A stretch of DNA of 64,000 nucleotides from a candidate division WOR-3 bacterium (GTDB lineage Bacteria > Hydrothermota > 32-111), in the NCBI GenBank assembly GCA_039804105.1, contig JBDRZU010000001.1, positions 992,001-1,056,000 of the forward strand, in the 5' to 3' direction. Below, piece after piece: positions 50,006-61,166 of the stretch (its first letter is position 1; every line of letters begins with the position of its first letter). The translations under genes were made by a program, and so were the position numbers. The notes under the pieces were generated by a model that saw nothing but the letters and a program-made list of their open reading frames with translations, was not told the DNA's origin and made no database searches.

Positions 50006-51169
50006 TTACTGTTTGTATGGCGAAATTTTCCTTATTCTTTCAACAACTTCTTTTAGTTTTTCAACAGTATATTTTATTTCTTCTTCGGTATTATATTTGC
50101 TTAATGAAAATCTTATCGAACCATGACATGTTGCATGGTCTCTCCCCATAGCTTTTATAACATGGCTTGGTTCCAAACTCCCGGAAGTGCATGCTGAACC
50201 AGTTGAAACTCCTATTCCAAAATCGTTTAATGAGAAAAGTATCGACTCTCCTTCTATACCTTTAAAAGAATAGTTTAAAGTGTTAAAAACACTCTTTTCA
50301 GGTGTATTCAAAACTATCCCATCAATATTTTTTTCAATACCTTCTTTTAACATCATCTTCAATTTATAAATCTTTTCTTTATGTTCATCAAATTCTTCGT
50401 ATGCAATTTCAAGTGCCTTTGCAATACCCATAATGTATGGAACATTCTCAGTGGACGGTCTCAAATTTTTCTCATGATGTCCACCATGAAAAAGAGGTAT
50501 GGGATTGATCCCGGTTCTTTTATAAAGTATTCCAACACCTTTTGGAGCATGAAATTTGTGTCCTGATAATGACAGCATATCAACATTCAGTTTTTTTACA
50601 TCAAGTGGTAGTTTACCTGCTGCCTGAACTGCGTCAGTGTGAAAATATATTCCTTTCTCCTTTGCAATTTTTCCAATCTCCTCTATCGGTTGTATCGCTC
50701 CCGTTTCATTGTTTGCATACATAACAGAAATCAAAATCGTATCCTCTCTTATGAGAGATTTCAAATGATCAAGATCAATAATTCCATCACTTCCAACATT
50801 TACGAGCGAATATTCAAACCCTTCCTTCTTCGCAAGATATTCAACAGAATTCAAAACTGCATGATGCTCGATTGCGGATGTTATAATATGTTTACCTTTG
50901 TTCTGATATCTTCTTGCAACTCCTTTGATCGCTATGTTGTCTGACTCTGTTCCAGACCCGGTAAAGAAAACATCCTGCTCAGGACAGTTTAAAATTTTTG
51001 CAACTCTTTTCCTTGCGCTTTCTATAGCTTCTCTTGCCTGCTGTCCAAGATCGTATAGAGAAGATGGATTACCATAAATTTCAGTAAAATATTTTTGCAT
51101 TTCCTCAACAACCCTATCATCAACCCTCGTCGTCGCATTGTTATCAAGATAAACAAATTTCCTTTCCAT
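50006..51169 (-). CDS. iscS: Cysteine desulfurase
   Basis: YLDNNATT, GNPSS, SGHKFHAPKG, STGSACTS. Confidence 0.95.
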   Translation of the reverse strand: MERKFVYLDNNATTRVDDRVVEEMQKYFTEIYGNPSSLYDLGQQAREAIESARKRVAKILNCPEQDVFFTGSGTESDNIAIKGVARRYQNKGKHIITSAIEHHAVLNSVEYLAKKEGFEYSLVNVGSDGIIDLDHLKSLIREDTILISVMYANNETGAIQPIEEIGKIAKEKGIYFHTDAVQAAGKLPLDVKKLNVDMLSLSGHKFHAPKGVGILYKRTGINPIPLFHGGHHEKNLRPSTENVPYIMGIAKALEIAYEEFDEHKEKIYKLKMMLKEGIEKNIDGIVLNTPEKSVFNTLNYSFKGIEGESILFSLNDFGIGVSTGSACTSGSLEPSHVIKAMGRDHATCHGSIRFSLSKYNTEEEIKYTVEKLKEVVERIRKISPYKQ

Positions 51170-51568
51170 TTATTCTCCTTTTATAAAATTTTCAAGTGTA
51201 AAACTTTCAAGAACCTTATCAAGTTCTTTGTTCAACTTATTCATACTTGTACTGATTATACATTTATGTTTCTCAAGACAGATTTTTGAGTTATAACATT
51301 CAACAAATTTTTTTCTGTTCTCAATATCCACTACAAGTTTTTTCAAAGATATTTTTTTAGCATCAATATTTAAAGCATAACCACCCTGTGGTCCCATTTC
51401 ACTCTTTACATAACCCAACTTTAAAATTTTTGCGATTATTTTCCTTGTAAACGGCTTTGGAAAATTGATTATTGAAACAATGTCATTCAATGAAAGATAT
51501 TTACCTTGATTTTTACCAAGTGCTGTTAAAATTGCAATTGTACATTCGAGTTCTTTTGTTATTTTCAT
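51170..51568 (-). CDS. Rrf2-family regulator (IscR-like)
   Basis: GPQGGYAL wing, three C-terminal Cys, heads iscS-iscU. Confidence 0.85.
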   Translation of the reverse strand: MKITKELECTIAILTALGKNQGKYLSLNDIVSIINFPKPFTRKIIAKILKLGYVKSEMGPQGGYALNIDAKKISLKKLVVDIENRKKFVECYNSKICLEKHKCIISTSMNKLNKELDKVLESFTLENFIKGE

Positions 51569-51622
51569 ATTATACCTTTTAAGTATAATATAAACTAAAA
51601 AAACTAAAAGTCAATAGAGTTT

Positions 51623-52264
51623 TTATTTAAACAGAGCATAAAAAATTATGTTCGTTCCCATTTTGAACGACTCTATCCTTTTATATTCCGGATCCTTATA
51701 TTTTTCAGGATAAGTCCATCCATCAGAAATATTTGTATTGTAAAGGAACAGAATTCCGATTTTATCTTTAATGTATATAGCATAAACTTCAGGATTTCCT
51801 GGATAATGCTCATGCATTTTTGGAAATTTTTCCAGTTTAAAATATGTGTTCAGAAGTTCACACTCCTGTCCAAGTGGGAGTTTCACAAGTTCTCTATCAG
51901 GAAAAAGATCTGATAAAAATTTTCTTATATCCTTATCAAACCCATAATCATCATCAATAAGCAAAAAACCACCTTCAAGAATATATTCTCTTATGTTTTT
52001 TATATCTTCAATTTTATATTTCATTCCACCATGACCAACCATGAAAAGGAATGGATACTTTTTTATATTTTTATCTGAAAGTTCAAGAATTATCTCGTTT
52101 GTATCCATCTTTAATGGAGTATTCTGGTTAACATACTTTGCGAGCAACTTCAAATTTTCACCATCGTTATACCAATCTCCACCTTCATATTTTAACCTTA
52201 CTGGTGTAAAATCGAAAGAAAAAATGTTTATTGATAGACCTGTTAAAATGATTAAAACCATCAA
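51623..52264 (-). CDS. DUF4159 family protein
   Basis: YEGGDWY, YPFLFMVGHG, GGFLLIDD, MGTNI. Confidence 0.8.
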   Translation of the reverse strand: MMVLIILTGLSINIFSFDFTPVRLKYEGGDWYNDGENLKLLAKYVNQNTPLKMDTNEIILELSDKNIKKYPFLFMVGHGGMKYKIEDIKNIREYILEGGFLLIDDDYGFDKDIRKFLSDLFPDRELVKLPLGQECELLNTYFKLEKFPKMHEHYPGNPEVYAIYIKDKIGILFLYNTNISDGWTYPEKYKDPEYKRIESFKMGTNIIFYALFK

Positions 52265-53421
52265 TCTAAAAATTTCCAGGAAAATCCTCCTTTTAAAAGG
52301 TATTCTTTACTTTCGAGAAAAAATTTTGAACCTATAAAAAATGATCCATCAACTATTTTAAAATTCAAAAAAACCTCAAACTCTTTCGAACTTTTATAAT
52401 CAAAGGTTGAAGACAGTTCAAAATTGTTCTTAAAAAAGTAACCTTTGAGTTTTGCTCTTAAATCGTAGTATAAAATTGTATCTTTGTAAACTATCGATTG
52501 AAAATCAAAAAATCTCGTTTCATATAGAAAACTCAAATTTGGACTGACTCTGTTCTTATAAAAAGGCATGAAATCGATATACAAATTTTTAGTGGTAAAT
52601 CTTAAACCAGTATTGAAAAACAAATCTTTTTCAGGATAGAAAAAATTAATATTCCCATAGATCGAAAACCATTGAAATATTCTCTGTAAAAGACCTGTTG
52701 TAAAATATAAACTCGAGTCATAAAAAAGTTCGAGATTATAGTTGGTTAAAGAAAAACTTCCAAAATATTTTGAGTATAAAAGATGTTGAAAATTTTTATC
52801 CTCTGGATCAAACTTTTCATACGAGTAAACATAAAAGTTTTTTGCGTACAGGAAAACTTTTGAAACGAATTTTTTTGAAAGATCATAACCGATTTTAGTT
52901 GAAAACAGATCGTTTTGATATCCTAAAAGAAGAGATTTTTCAAAATCACTTAATGATATCTCCCCTGTTAATAATTTGTAATTAAAAGTCATTTGGTTGC
53001 TATAATCATAAAGGTTTCCTGAAACAATTTGAAACTTAGAAAAACCTTTAAAAAATAAAACTGAATCATTCTTAAAAAGTGATGAATAGATTTTTGTAGT
53101 GAACCTATCAGATATAAGATTAACATCATAATTCAAAGATGATGGATTTTTATACTCATAGAATGAAAATCTTAAATCTTTCCTTCTATAAATATTTTCC
53201 AACTGAAAATCATAAAAGTTGTAATTCAAAACTAAATTTTTATTGTAAAAAATTTCACCTTCGGAAGAATAATTTTCGAAATCAAACATCGTATTTATTT
53301 TGTATCTGAACAGAAAATATGGATACCTTTCATAAGAATCTCCGGAGAACATATATGTATCGATTTTAAAAGAAAAAATAATCAAGGGAGAAAACAAAAT
53401 AAAAAATAAAATTTTTCTCAT
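52261..53421 (-). CDS. Hypothetical, possible outer-membrane beta-barrel
   Basis: Signal peptide, aromatic alternating strands, ends GGFSWKFLD. Confidence 0.55.
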   Translation of the reverse strand: MRKILFFILFSPLIIFSFKIDTYMFSGDSYERYPYFLFRYKINTMFDFENYSSEGEIFYNKNLVLNYNFYDFQLENIYRRKDLRFSFYEYKNPSSLNYDVNLISDRFTTKIYSSLFKNDSVLFFKGFSKFQIVSGNLYDYSNQMTFNYKLLTGEISLSDFEKSLLLGYQNDLFSTKIGYDLSKKFVSKVFLYAKNFYVYSYEKFDPEDKNFQHLLYSKYFGSFSLTNYNLELFYDSSLYFTTGLLQRIFQWFSIYGNINFFYPEKDLFFNTGLRFTTKNLYIDFMPFYKNRVSPNLSFLYETRFFDFQSIVYKDTILYYDLRAKLKGYFFKNNFELSSTFDYKSSKEFEVFLNFKIVDGSFFIGSKFFLESKEYLLKGGFSWKFLD

Positions 53422-54014
53422 TTTCTTATAAATTCAAAAAGATCAATTGAAGTTATCTGTTTGAACATTTTTGTGAACAAAAAAATTGGGAAACCAACAA
53501 TATTGAAAAAGTCCCCTTCAATTTTTTCTATAAACATAGATGCCTCTTCCTGTACAGCATAACCACCTGCCTTATCAAGATAGGAAGCATTATTTATATA
53601 CCATTTCAACTCTTTATCAGAAATCTTTTTAAAATATACATCGGTTTTCGCAAAATCTGACAAAATTTTATTTTTATAAAAAAGAGTTATCCCTGTATAA
53701 ACCGAGTGTTTTCTTCCAGAAAGCATTCTCATCATTTTTAAACCATCATTTCTATCAGTTGGTTTTCCTATTATTTTTCTATCGATAAAAACTATGGTAT
53801 CAGCACCAATCACAAGTTGGTTTTCACTTTTTTCAACCGACTTTGCTTTTTCATAAGAACATAGAAGTACAAATTTTCGTGGGTCTTTTATTTCATTATG
53901 TTCTTCGGAGTGTGAATGTTTTGAGATTTTAAAATCAACACCAAGAGATTTCAAAAGTTCAATTCTTCTTTTCGATTCTGAAGCAAGAACTATTTCTATG
54001 TTATTTTTTCTCAT
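53418..54014 (-). CDS. maf: Maf family nucleotide pyrophosphatase
   Basis: [21 protein letters not shown]. Confidence 0.92.
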   Translation of the reverse strand: MRKNNIEIVLASESKRRIELLKSLGVDFKISKHSHSEEHNEIKDPRKFVLLCSYEKAKSVEKSENQLVIGADTIVFIDRKIIGKPTDRNDGLKMMRMLSGRKHSVYTGITLFYKNKILSDFAKTDVYFKKISDKELKWYINNASYLDKAGGYAVQEEASMFIEKIEGDFFNIVGFPIFLFTKMFKQITSIDLFEFIRK

Positions 54015-54495
54015 CTATCTTTCTCAACACTCGACAGGGATTACCTGCTGCGATAACATTATCAGGAATATCTTTTGTTACAACAGAACCTGCTCCAATA
54101 ATGCTGTTCTCTCCGACTGTAACATTTGAAAGAATGACAGCATTCGTTCCGATCGAAGCACCTTTCTTGATCAATGTTTTTTCAACTTTCCAATCTTTTT
54201 CTGTTTGCAATTCTCCCTGAGCGTTTGTTGCACGAGGATATTTGTCGTTGATAAACATAACACCATGACCTATAAAAACATTATCTTCGATTTCAACACC
54301 CTCACATATAAAAGAATGTGAAGAGATTTTACAGTTCTTTCCAATTATCGCATTTTTTTGTATTTCAACAAACGCACCAATCTTCGTGTTATCACCTATT
54401 GTGCATCCATAAAGATTTGTGAATTGATATATTTTCACATTTTTCCCAAGTTTTACATCATCCGATATACATCTGAAATCTTTTTCTTTGTCCAT
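54001..54495 (-). CDS. Hexapeptide-repeat N-acetyltransferase
   Basis: Left-handed beta-helix repeats, [19 protein letters not shown]. Confidence 0.88.
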   Translation of the reverse strand: MDKEKDFRCISDDVKLGKNVKIYQFTNLYGCTIGDNTKIGAFVEIQKNAIIGKNCKISSHSFICEGVEIEDNVFIGHGVMFINDKYPRATNAQGELQTEKDWKVEKTLIKKGASIGTNAVILSNVTVGENSIIGAGSVVTKDIPDNVIAAGNPCRVLRKIDEKK

Positions 54496-54510
54496 TTTTC
54501 CTCCATAGAT

Positions 54511-54539
54511 AAAAAAAAGGGGGAAGTGAACTTCCCCCT
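54511..54539 (-). terminator. Rho-independent terminator after the HU gene
   Basis: AGGGGGAAG-N4-CTTCCCCCT stem followed by a T-run on the minus strand. Confidence 0.85.
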
Positions 54540-54558
54540 GAACAGTGTTTAATCCCTC

Positions 54559-54831
54559 TTACTTCACAGCATCTTTTAGTTTTGCGCCTGGTTTGAAGTG
54601 TGGAACTCTTTTTGCTTTGATCTTGATGACTTCTTTTGTCTGTGGGTTGATTCCCTTACGTGCTTTTCTGTTTTTCACTGAGAAGGTTCCAAAGCCGATC
54701 AATGTGACTGGTTTGTTCTTCTTCAATGATGTTGTGATTCCTTCAATCATTGCATCGATCGCCTCGTTTGCTGCTTTTTTGGAAATTCCCGCTTTCTTTG
54801 CGATTGCATCAATCATCTCTTTTTTGTTCAT
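54559..54831 (-). CDS. hup: DNA-binding protein HU
   Basis: MNKKEMIDAIA, GFGTF, GINPQT, PHFKPG. Confidence 0.95.
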   Translation of the reverse strand: MNKKEMIDAIAKKAGISKKAANEAIDAMIEGITTSLKKNKPVTLIGFGTFSVKNRKARKGINPQTKEVIKIKAKRVPHFKPGAKLKDAVK

Positions 54832-54926
54832 CCTTTCTCCTCCTTTTTATGGTTTACACTTTTATGTTATATCTTTTTATCGCATTTGTCAAGAGGGAAT
54901 CTTCAAAAAACCTCTCAAATAAAGGA

Positions 54927-56954
54927 TTATGGAAGAAGAGGTCCAAAAATTCCTTTATCTATAGATATTTCGGGAATCTCCTTAATTGAAATTTGAAAAT
55001 CGTATTTAAAAATATTTGCGTAAGAAGAAATCATAAATCTCGCTTGCCAACAGTGAAGAGAACGGTTCAAAGATGCCATGAATGAAACAAAATTCTTATC
55101 CTTTAAATTGTAGAGAGATGAGAATGTTGCATTCAAATTTTCTCCAACATTCAGACTCAAACTTCCATTTATTGAATTTGAAACAGTTGTATCATTTCTT
55201 TGTAAAAGATAACTCACACTTATATTCATCCTTTTAAATTCGTTAAAAGGATTGTAAATTTGCTCTGAGAAAGATAAAATGTAATTTTCAGAAATTTTTT
55301 TACTATAAATATTAACAGAATGGTTCATTTGAAAACTTATATTTTTTTCTGGAAATATATGATTAGAGATATTTATGTTTGAAAATGAATCTTTTGTAAA
55401 ATTATAAAAAAGATTAACATTGTTTCTTAAAAGTAAAATTTTTTCCTTTTCGGTCTTTCCTTCAAAAATGTTTGAAAAAGAAAATGATAACTTTCTTTCA
55501 TTTTTTAAACTATCAAAAGAGTTAAAATCTTTAAGAAAAGTTGTAGTACCACCTTCAAAACTCATTTCAGGAATGAATGTGTGTCTGAACTTTTGAAATG
55601 GTTTTAATGAAAAAATTGATGTTCCATAAATTTGAGTGTTCAGTTTTAAAGAGTACTTTCCATCTATAAAATTTTTTGCCAAAAATGAATCCGAATAAAA
55701 AGAAATGTTGTAATTTGGTAAAAAGTTCAGATAGTATAATATTTTGTAGTATGTATCAAAATTGTTTGTTATTTTCAAATTCAAATTTCTTTTCTCAAAA
55801 AGAGTATCCCTTAATACTGTTTGACTTATTGAATGTGAATTTTGATAATATATTCCATTTGGGATGAAATTGTTGATTCTGAAAAAATTCACTTTTTTAA
55901 AATATCCATTGTATATGGGCAGATTCATCCTTATTTCTTTTGTAGCAAAATTCTCTCTTCTGTCAAAACTTATGAAAGAATTATAGAAGTTGAAATTTTT
56001 TTGGATAGATACAAACGAATACGCTTCCCTTTTTAACCGAAGGACAAGAGTATCTGAATAATCGGTATATGTTGAAAAGTCAGATTCGAAATCGATTTTA
56101 CTTTTCAAATTTATATCATAAAAAAGTTTATGCGAGTAATCACCGGTTAGATTCCATCTTCTTTTGTTATCTCTTTCAAATATAAAATTACTCGTTAAAT
56201 TTAAAGAGAGTATCGGATGAAAAAGAACTCTTAACTCGTATCCGAAAAGATAACCCCTTTTTTGAATGTAATCAAAAGAAAAAGTCATATCAGAATAATC
56301 ATTTGTTGCCCAGAAATAAGAAAATTGTTTGATATAAAATCCATCAAGAGATGTATACCCTGGTTTTGGCATCAAAAAACCACTTTTTCTGATCGTTGCT
56401 ATTGGAATCACAAAGAACGGAATAGCAACCAAGGGAACCTCTTTCACAAAAAGCACTATTGGAAGTACCATCGCCCTATCTTCTCTGTAAAGAAAGGTCT
56501 TATATGAATAGAACCAATAGTCGGGCTCATCTTTTTTACATGTTGTGAACATTCCTTTATCTATTTCAAACTCATTTTCATTCTTTACATTTATTACCTC
56601 TCCACTGATTTGAAATTTCTGTATCTGTGTTTTTCCTCTGTAAACAAGTCCTGTTCTTTTTTTATAATTAAAATTTATTGAATCTGCTTCGATTCCAAAG
56701 TCATTAAATTCCATTTTGACTTTTCTATATGCAAAAAGTTTTGAAGAGTCAGGAAAAATTAAAAATGAATCAGCAAAGATTTTAAGCGAATCTGTTATAA
56801 TTTGGGAATTTCCTATAAGATAAACACTTTTATTTGCATTGTTGAAAATTATTTGTTCAGAATTAAAATTAACTTTTTCTTCTTTTGAATCCAGAAGCAG
56901 AAATATAAAAAAAAAACAAAAAAATATCTTTAACTTAAACTTCATCTCTCTCAA
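54927..56954 (-). CDS. lptD: LPS-assembly protein LptD-like
   Basis: OstA-like N-terminus, FTTC, RKSGFLMP, barrel, RSLHCW. Confidence 0.75.
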   Translation of the reverse strand: MREMKFKLKIFFCFFFIFLLLDSKEEKVNFNSEQIIFNNANKSVYLIGNSQIITDSLKIFADSFLIFPDSSKLFAYRKVKMEFNDFGIEADSINFNYKKRTGLVYRGKTQIQKFQISGEVINVKNENEFEIDKGMFTTCKKDEPDYWFYSYKTFLYREDRAMVLPIVLFVKEVPLVAIPFFVIPIATIRKSGFLMPKPGYTSLDGFYIKQFSYFWATNDYSDMTFSFDYIQKRGYLFGYELRVLFHPILSLNLTSNFIFERDNKRRWNLTGDYSHKLFYDINLKSKIDFESDFSTYTDYSDTLVLRLKREAYSFVSIQKNFNFYNSFISFDRRENFATKEIRMNLPIYNGYFKKVNFFRINNFIPNGIYYQNSHSISQTVLRDTLFEKRNLNLKITNNFDTYYKILYYLNFLPNYNISFYSDSFLAKNFIDGKYSLKLNTQIYGTSIFSLKPFQKFRHTFIPEMSFEGGTTTFLKDFNSFDSLKNERKLSFSFSNIFEGKTEKEKILLLRNNVNLFYNFTKDSFSNINISNHIFPEKNISFQMNHSVNIYSKKISENYILSFSEQIYNPFNEFKRMNISVSYLLQRNDTTVSNSINGSLSLNVGENLNATFSSLYNLKDKNFVSFMASLNRSLHCWQARFMISSYANIFKYDFQISIKEIPEISIDKGIFGPLLP

Positions 56955-57429
56955 AAAAGAGAATCGATATTAAAAGTATAGCGATACCTATTGAAATCGA
57001 TGCATCCGCAATATTGAATATAGCAAATCTCCAACTCTTTGTTCCAAGATTTATAAAATCGGTGACAACACCCGCTTTTATTCTGTCATAGTTGTTTCCA
57101 AAAGCACCACCAACTATCATGGATAGTGCAATTATTTTTACAACGCTGAATTTTGTTTTCAAAAAATATATTAAAAGAATAAATATTGCAAGAATATTCA
57201 AAATAAGCATCGTCCAATAGTTTCCTATTTTTATAGAAAAAGCAACATTTGGGTTCAAAACATAAGTTAATTTAAAAAACCATCCCCAGACATCAACGGT
57301 TTCTCCAAGTTCAAGATTGTTCACAACAAGAATTTTTGTTAACCTGTCAAGAAACATTACAAGCAAAACTATCGGTAATCCCAAATTCATCTTTCTCTTA
57401 AAATCAATAATCCCAAACTTTTCCATCAT
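56935..57429 (-). CDS. lspA: Signal peptidase II
   Basis: DRLTK, NPNVAFS, GAFGNNYDR, VTDF, FNIAD. ATGA overlap supports start 57429. Confidence 0.92.
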   Translation of the reverse strand: MMEKFGIIDFKRKMNLGLPIVLLVMFLDRLTKILVVNNLELGETVDVWGWFFKLTYVLNPNVAFSIKIGNYWTMLILNILAIFILLIYFLKTKFSVVKIIALSMIVGGAFGNNYDRIKAGVVTDFINLGTKSWRFAIFNIADASISIGIAILLISILFFERDEV

Positions 57430-57785
57430 TTTGCCTTTTCTGAACATTTTATGCAGAGTTTTGTGAATGGGAGTGCTTTTAATCTTTTTTGAGATATTTC
57501 CTCTCCACATATCTCACATATTCCGTATGTTCCATTTTGTAATCTCAAAAGTGCTTCATCGATTTCCCTTATTTCTTTAATCAGATCGTTCATATTTATT
57601 GAGGTTGTTTCAAGAGAAGCAGCATCTGTTCCTATATCAGCAGAATGGTAAGGATATGCTGATGTTTCAGAAGAGATGTATTCGTTTGAATTTAGCCTTT
57701 CCTGATATTCTTGTAGTATCTGTTGTTTTTCCTGTTTCATTTTTATCAGTTGTTGTTCGATCGCTTTTTTTGTTTTCTTATCCAT
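57426..57785 (-). CDS. DksA/TraR C4 zinc-finger protein
   Basis: HSADIGTD, YGICEICGEEI...RLKALP...CIKC. Confidence 0.9.
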   Translation of the reverse strand: MDKKTKKAIEQQLIKMKQEKQQILQEYQERLNSNEYISSETSAYPYHSADIGTDAASLETTSINMNDLIKEIREIDEALLRLQNGTYGICEICGEEISQKRLKALPFTKLCIKCSEKAK

Positions 57786-57786
57786 A

Positions 57787-60543
57787 CTATTCCTCCATTT
57801 TTACTGCATTATAACATTTATCACATAGTTCAGGATGATCAGAGTGCTTGCCAACACTTTCAAGATGAAGCCAGCATCTTGCACACTTTTTTTCTTCCGC
57901 TTTTTCACTTTTCAAAACGAATTTGTTTTCTCCTTTTTCGACAGGTTCTCCATCATTGTCAACAAATTTTACATTTGAAACTATAAATAGCTGGAACAAA
58001 ATATCTTTATATTTTTCAAGGATTTTGTTACTATATTCATTCAATCCTTTTATCAAAAGATTTGCTTCAATTGATTTTCCTATGACATTTTCACTTCTCA
58101 ATTTTTCAAGTTGTGATAAAACTTTTTCCCTTATAAGATTCAAAATTTCAAAATCTTTTAATATGTTTTCGTCTTCAAGCCTGTAAATATCATCTGTCAA
58201 TATTTCAAAATGTATCGATTCTTTTTTTGATTTTTTGTTGAAATATTTGTACGCTTGCTCAACTGTAAATGGGATTATCGGTGCTATCAATTTTAACATA
58301 TCATCGAGTAAAATGTATAAAGTGAAAAGTCCTGATTTCCTTTCTTTTGAATTTTTTGGATATGTATACAATCTATCCTTCACTATATCAAGATAGAAAG
58401 ATGAAAGATCTGTAACAATAAACGAATAGAATTCTTTAAATACTTTATGAAATTCATAATCATCGTAGTTTTTAATTATCCTTTTTCTCATCTTTACATA
58501 GTTTGCAAGGATATACCTATCGATTGGATGCAAATCTTCTTTTGTAAGGTTAAAATCTTCAGGTTGACTATTTCCCAAATTTCCAAGCATAAATCTTATC
58601 GTGTTTCTGATTTTAAAATATGTTTCTTTTGAACTTGAAAGAAGTTCCTCTCCAAATGGAGCATCAGATGTATAGTCAACAGAAGAAAACCATAATCTTA
58701 TTATCTCAGCACCATATTTTTTACATATCGTTTCAGGTGAGAAAACATTTCCAAGAGATTTTGACATTTTTTTCATATTCTTATCAAGGATCAAACCGTG
58801 CGTCAAAACCTCTTTATAAGGGGCTTTTCCATCCGTCGCAGTTGAAACTATCAATGAGACCTGGAACCAACCTCTATGCTGATCAACCGCCTCAAGATAA
58901 AGGTCGGAAGGCCAGCGTAGTTCTTTTCTTTTTTTAACAACTGCAGAATGACTTAAAGAAGAATCAAACCAAACATCAAAAATGTTAGTTTCCTTTTCAA
59001 ATTCTGTTGAACCACACTTTTCGCATTTTAAATCTTTTGCAAAATAGGAAACATCTTTTTCAAACCAAATATCCGAACCCTCTTTTAAGATTATATCTCG
59101 TATTTTGTCAATCGTTTCTTTTTTGATATGTGGTGTTGAACATTTTTTACAATAGAATACGGGAATTGGAACACCCCAACTCCTCTGTCTTGAAAGGCAC
59201 CAATCGGGTCTGGTTTTTACCATATTATAGATTCTATCCTTTGACCAGACGGGAATCCATTTTGTGTTATCAATCTCCGAAAGAAGATTGTTTCTAAGGT
59301 TATTTTTTTCAACATCTAAAAACCATTGCTCTGTTGCTCTGAATATCAATTCACTTTTGCATCTCCAGCACACAGGATAAGAGTGGATAATTTTTTCAGC
59401 GAAGATCAAAGAACCTTCATTTTTCAAATCCTCAATGATGTGTGGGTTCGCTTCAAAAACATTCATTCCACCATATTTTTTGATTTCATCAAAAAATTTT
59501 CCTTCTTTGTTAACAGGACAAACTATTTCAAGGTCATTCTTGATTCCTGCCTGATAATCATCATATCCATGGCCTGGTGCGATATGAACTATACCTGTTC
59601 CAACATCGGTTGTAACAAAATCTGCTGTTATGACCTTTCCTTTTTTATTTTTGTCTATTGGATGTATATATTTTTTCCCAATGTATTTTTTTGAATCCGT
59701 TTCCTCAACAATTTTAAACTTATCATCTTTCAATTTTTCTTTTACCGTTTGGACAAGTTTTTTCATCATCACAAGTTTTCCAAAACTTGATTCAACCTCA
59801 ACATACTTTTCATCAGGATGAAATGCAATAGCCACATTAGCAGGTAAAGTCCATGGAGTTGTTGTCCAGATAAGGAAAAATTTGTCCTCATCTTCAAACT
59901 TAAATTTTACAAATATTGATGGAGATTCCTTATCTTCATATTCTATCTCATTTCCGGCAAGAGCGGTCTGACATTTCATACACCAATGTATAGGTCTTAA
60001 ACCTCTGTAAATGAAACCCTTTTCAACAAGTTTTCCAAAATTGTCCACTATATCGGCTTCATAATCATTAGACATTGTAATATAAGGGTTGTCCCAATCA
60101 CCAAAAACCCCTAACCTTTTGAATTCAACTTTTTGAGTGTTCACAAATTTTGACGCATAATCTCTACATTTTTTTCTCAATTCAAGAACAGATGTTTCTT
60201 TTAATTTTGGCCCCAATTCTTTTGTAACATTGTGTTCGATAGGCATTCCATGACAATCCCAACCTGGGATGTATGGTGTTTTGTACCCTCTGATACTTTT
60301 ATATTTGATTATAAAATCTTTCAGAATTTTATTGAACGCTGTTCCAATATGTATATGTCCATTTGCGTATGGTGGCCCATCATGTAAAACATAAAGTTCT
60401 TTATCTTCCCTCTCTTTTAAAAGTTTGTTATAGACATCAATCGAATCCCAATACTTCAAAATTTCCTCTTCCAGAACTGGAAGGTTAGCTTTCATTGGGA
60501 AGTCAGTTTTTGGCAAATTCAAACTATCCTTATAATCCATCAC
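57787..60543 (-). CDS. ileS: Isoleucine-tRNA ligase
   Basis: DGPPYANG, HIGT (HIGH-like), WTTTPWT, KMSKS, C-terminal zinc finger. Confidence 0.97.
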   Translation of the reverse strand: MMDYKDSLNLPKTDFPMKANLPVLEEEILKYWDSIDVYNKLLKEREDKELYVLHDGPPYANGHIHIGTAFNKILKDFIIKYKSIRGYKTPYIPGWDCHGMPIEHNVTKELGPKLKETSVLELRKKCRDYASKFVNTQKVEFKRLGVFGDWDNPYITMSNDYEADIVDNFGKLVEKGFIYRGLRPIHWCMKCQTALAGNEIEYEDKESPSIFVKFKFEDEDKFFLIWTTTPWTLPANVAIAFHPDEKYVEVESSFGKLVMMKKLVQTVKEKLKDDKFKIVEETDSKKYIGKKYIHPIDKNKKGKVITADFVTTDVGTGIVHIAPGHGYDDYQAGIKNDLEIVCPVNKEGKFFDEIKKYGGMNVFEANPHIIEDLKNEGSLIFAEKIIHSYPVCWRCKSELIFRATEQWFLDVEKNNLRNNLLSEIDNTKWIPVWSKDRIYNMVKTRPDWCLSRQRSWGVPIPVFYCKKCSTPHIKKETIDKIRDIILKEGSDIWFEKDVSYFAKDLKCEKCGSTEFEKETNIFDVWFDSSLSHSAVVKKRKELRWPSDLYLEAVDQHRGWFQVSLIVSTATDGKAPYKEVLTHGLILDKNMKKMSKSLGNVFSPETICKKYGAEIIRLWFSSVDYTSDAPFGEELLSSSKETYFKIRNTIRFMLGNLGNSQPEDFNLTKEDLHPIDRYILANYVKMRKRIIKNYDDYEFHKVFKEFYSFIVTDLSSFYLDIVKDRLYTYPKNSKERKSGLFTLYILLDDMLKLIAPIIPFTVEQAYKYFNKKSKKESIHFEILTDDIYRLEDENILKDFEILNLIREKVLSQLEKLRSENVIGKSIEANLLIKGLNEYSNKILEKYKDILFQLFIVSNVKFVDNDGEPVEKGENKFVLKSEKAEEKKCARCWLHLESVGKHSDHPELCDKCYNAVKMEE

Positions 60544-61166
60544 TCCTCCGTATTAAAGAATCTATCTCCAGCATCCCCAAGTCCTGGGATGATATAGCCG
60601 TTTTCGTTGAGTTTTTCATCAACTGCAACAGTGTATATATCAAGATTTGGTGTTGACTCCTGAACCGCTTTCAACCCTTCTGGAGCTGAAATTATACTTA
60701 TTACAGCATCGGGTTTCACATTGTATCCTGATAGTATTTCAACTGTTTTTATTATTGATCCACCTGTTGCAAGCATCGGATCGAGAATAAAAACAGAATA
60801 GTTGTTAATATTTTTGGGCAAGTTAACATAGTATGTTATCGGTTTTAATATATGTTCATCTCTTTTTAGTCCAATCATTCCAACATGTGTCTTTGGATAA
60901 AACTTTCTAATAAGTGGAATCATTCCAATTCCCGCTCTTAAAATTGGAACAAGAAGAATCTCTTTTTTTATGAATTCACATTCGATCTCTTTAAATGGAG
61001 TTTCAACTTTTGATTTTTTTGTTAAAAGATTTTTTGTTGCTTCAAGAAAGAGAATCAAAGAAAGTTCTTCAAGATTTTTTGAAAAAATATCGGAACTTGT
61101 TTTTTTATCTCTTAAAATTGCAAGTTTTTCAAGAGCAAGTGGATGTTTTATTTCATGAATAGTCAT
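60540..61166 (-). CDS. upp: Uracil phosphoribosyltransferase
   Basis: VPILRAG, DPMLATGGS, PGLGDAGDR. Confidence 0.96.
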   Translation of the reverse strand: MTIHEIKHPLALEKLAILRDKKTSSDIFSKNLEELSLILFLEATKNLLTKKSKVETPFKEIECEFIKKEILLVPILRAGIGMIPLIRKFYPKTHVGMIGLKRDEHILKPITYYVNLPKNINNYSVFILDPMLATGGSIIKTVEILSGYNVKPDAVISIISAPEGLKAVQESTPNLDIYTVAVDEKLNENGYIIPGLGDAGDRFFNTEE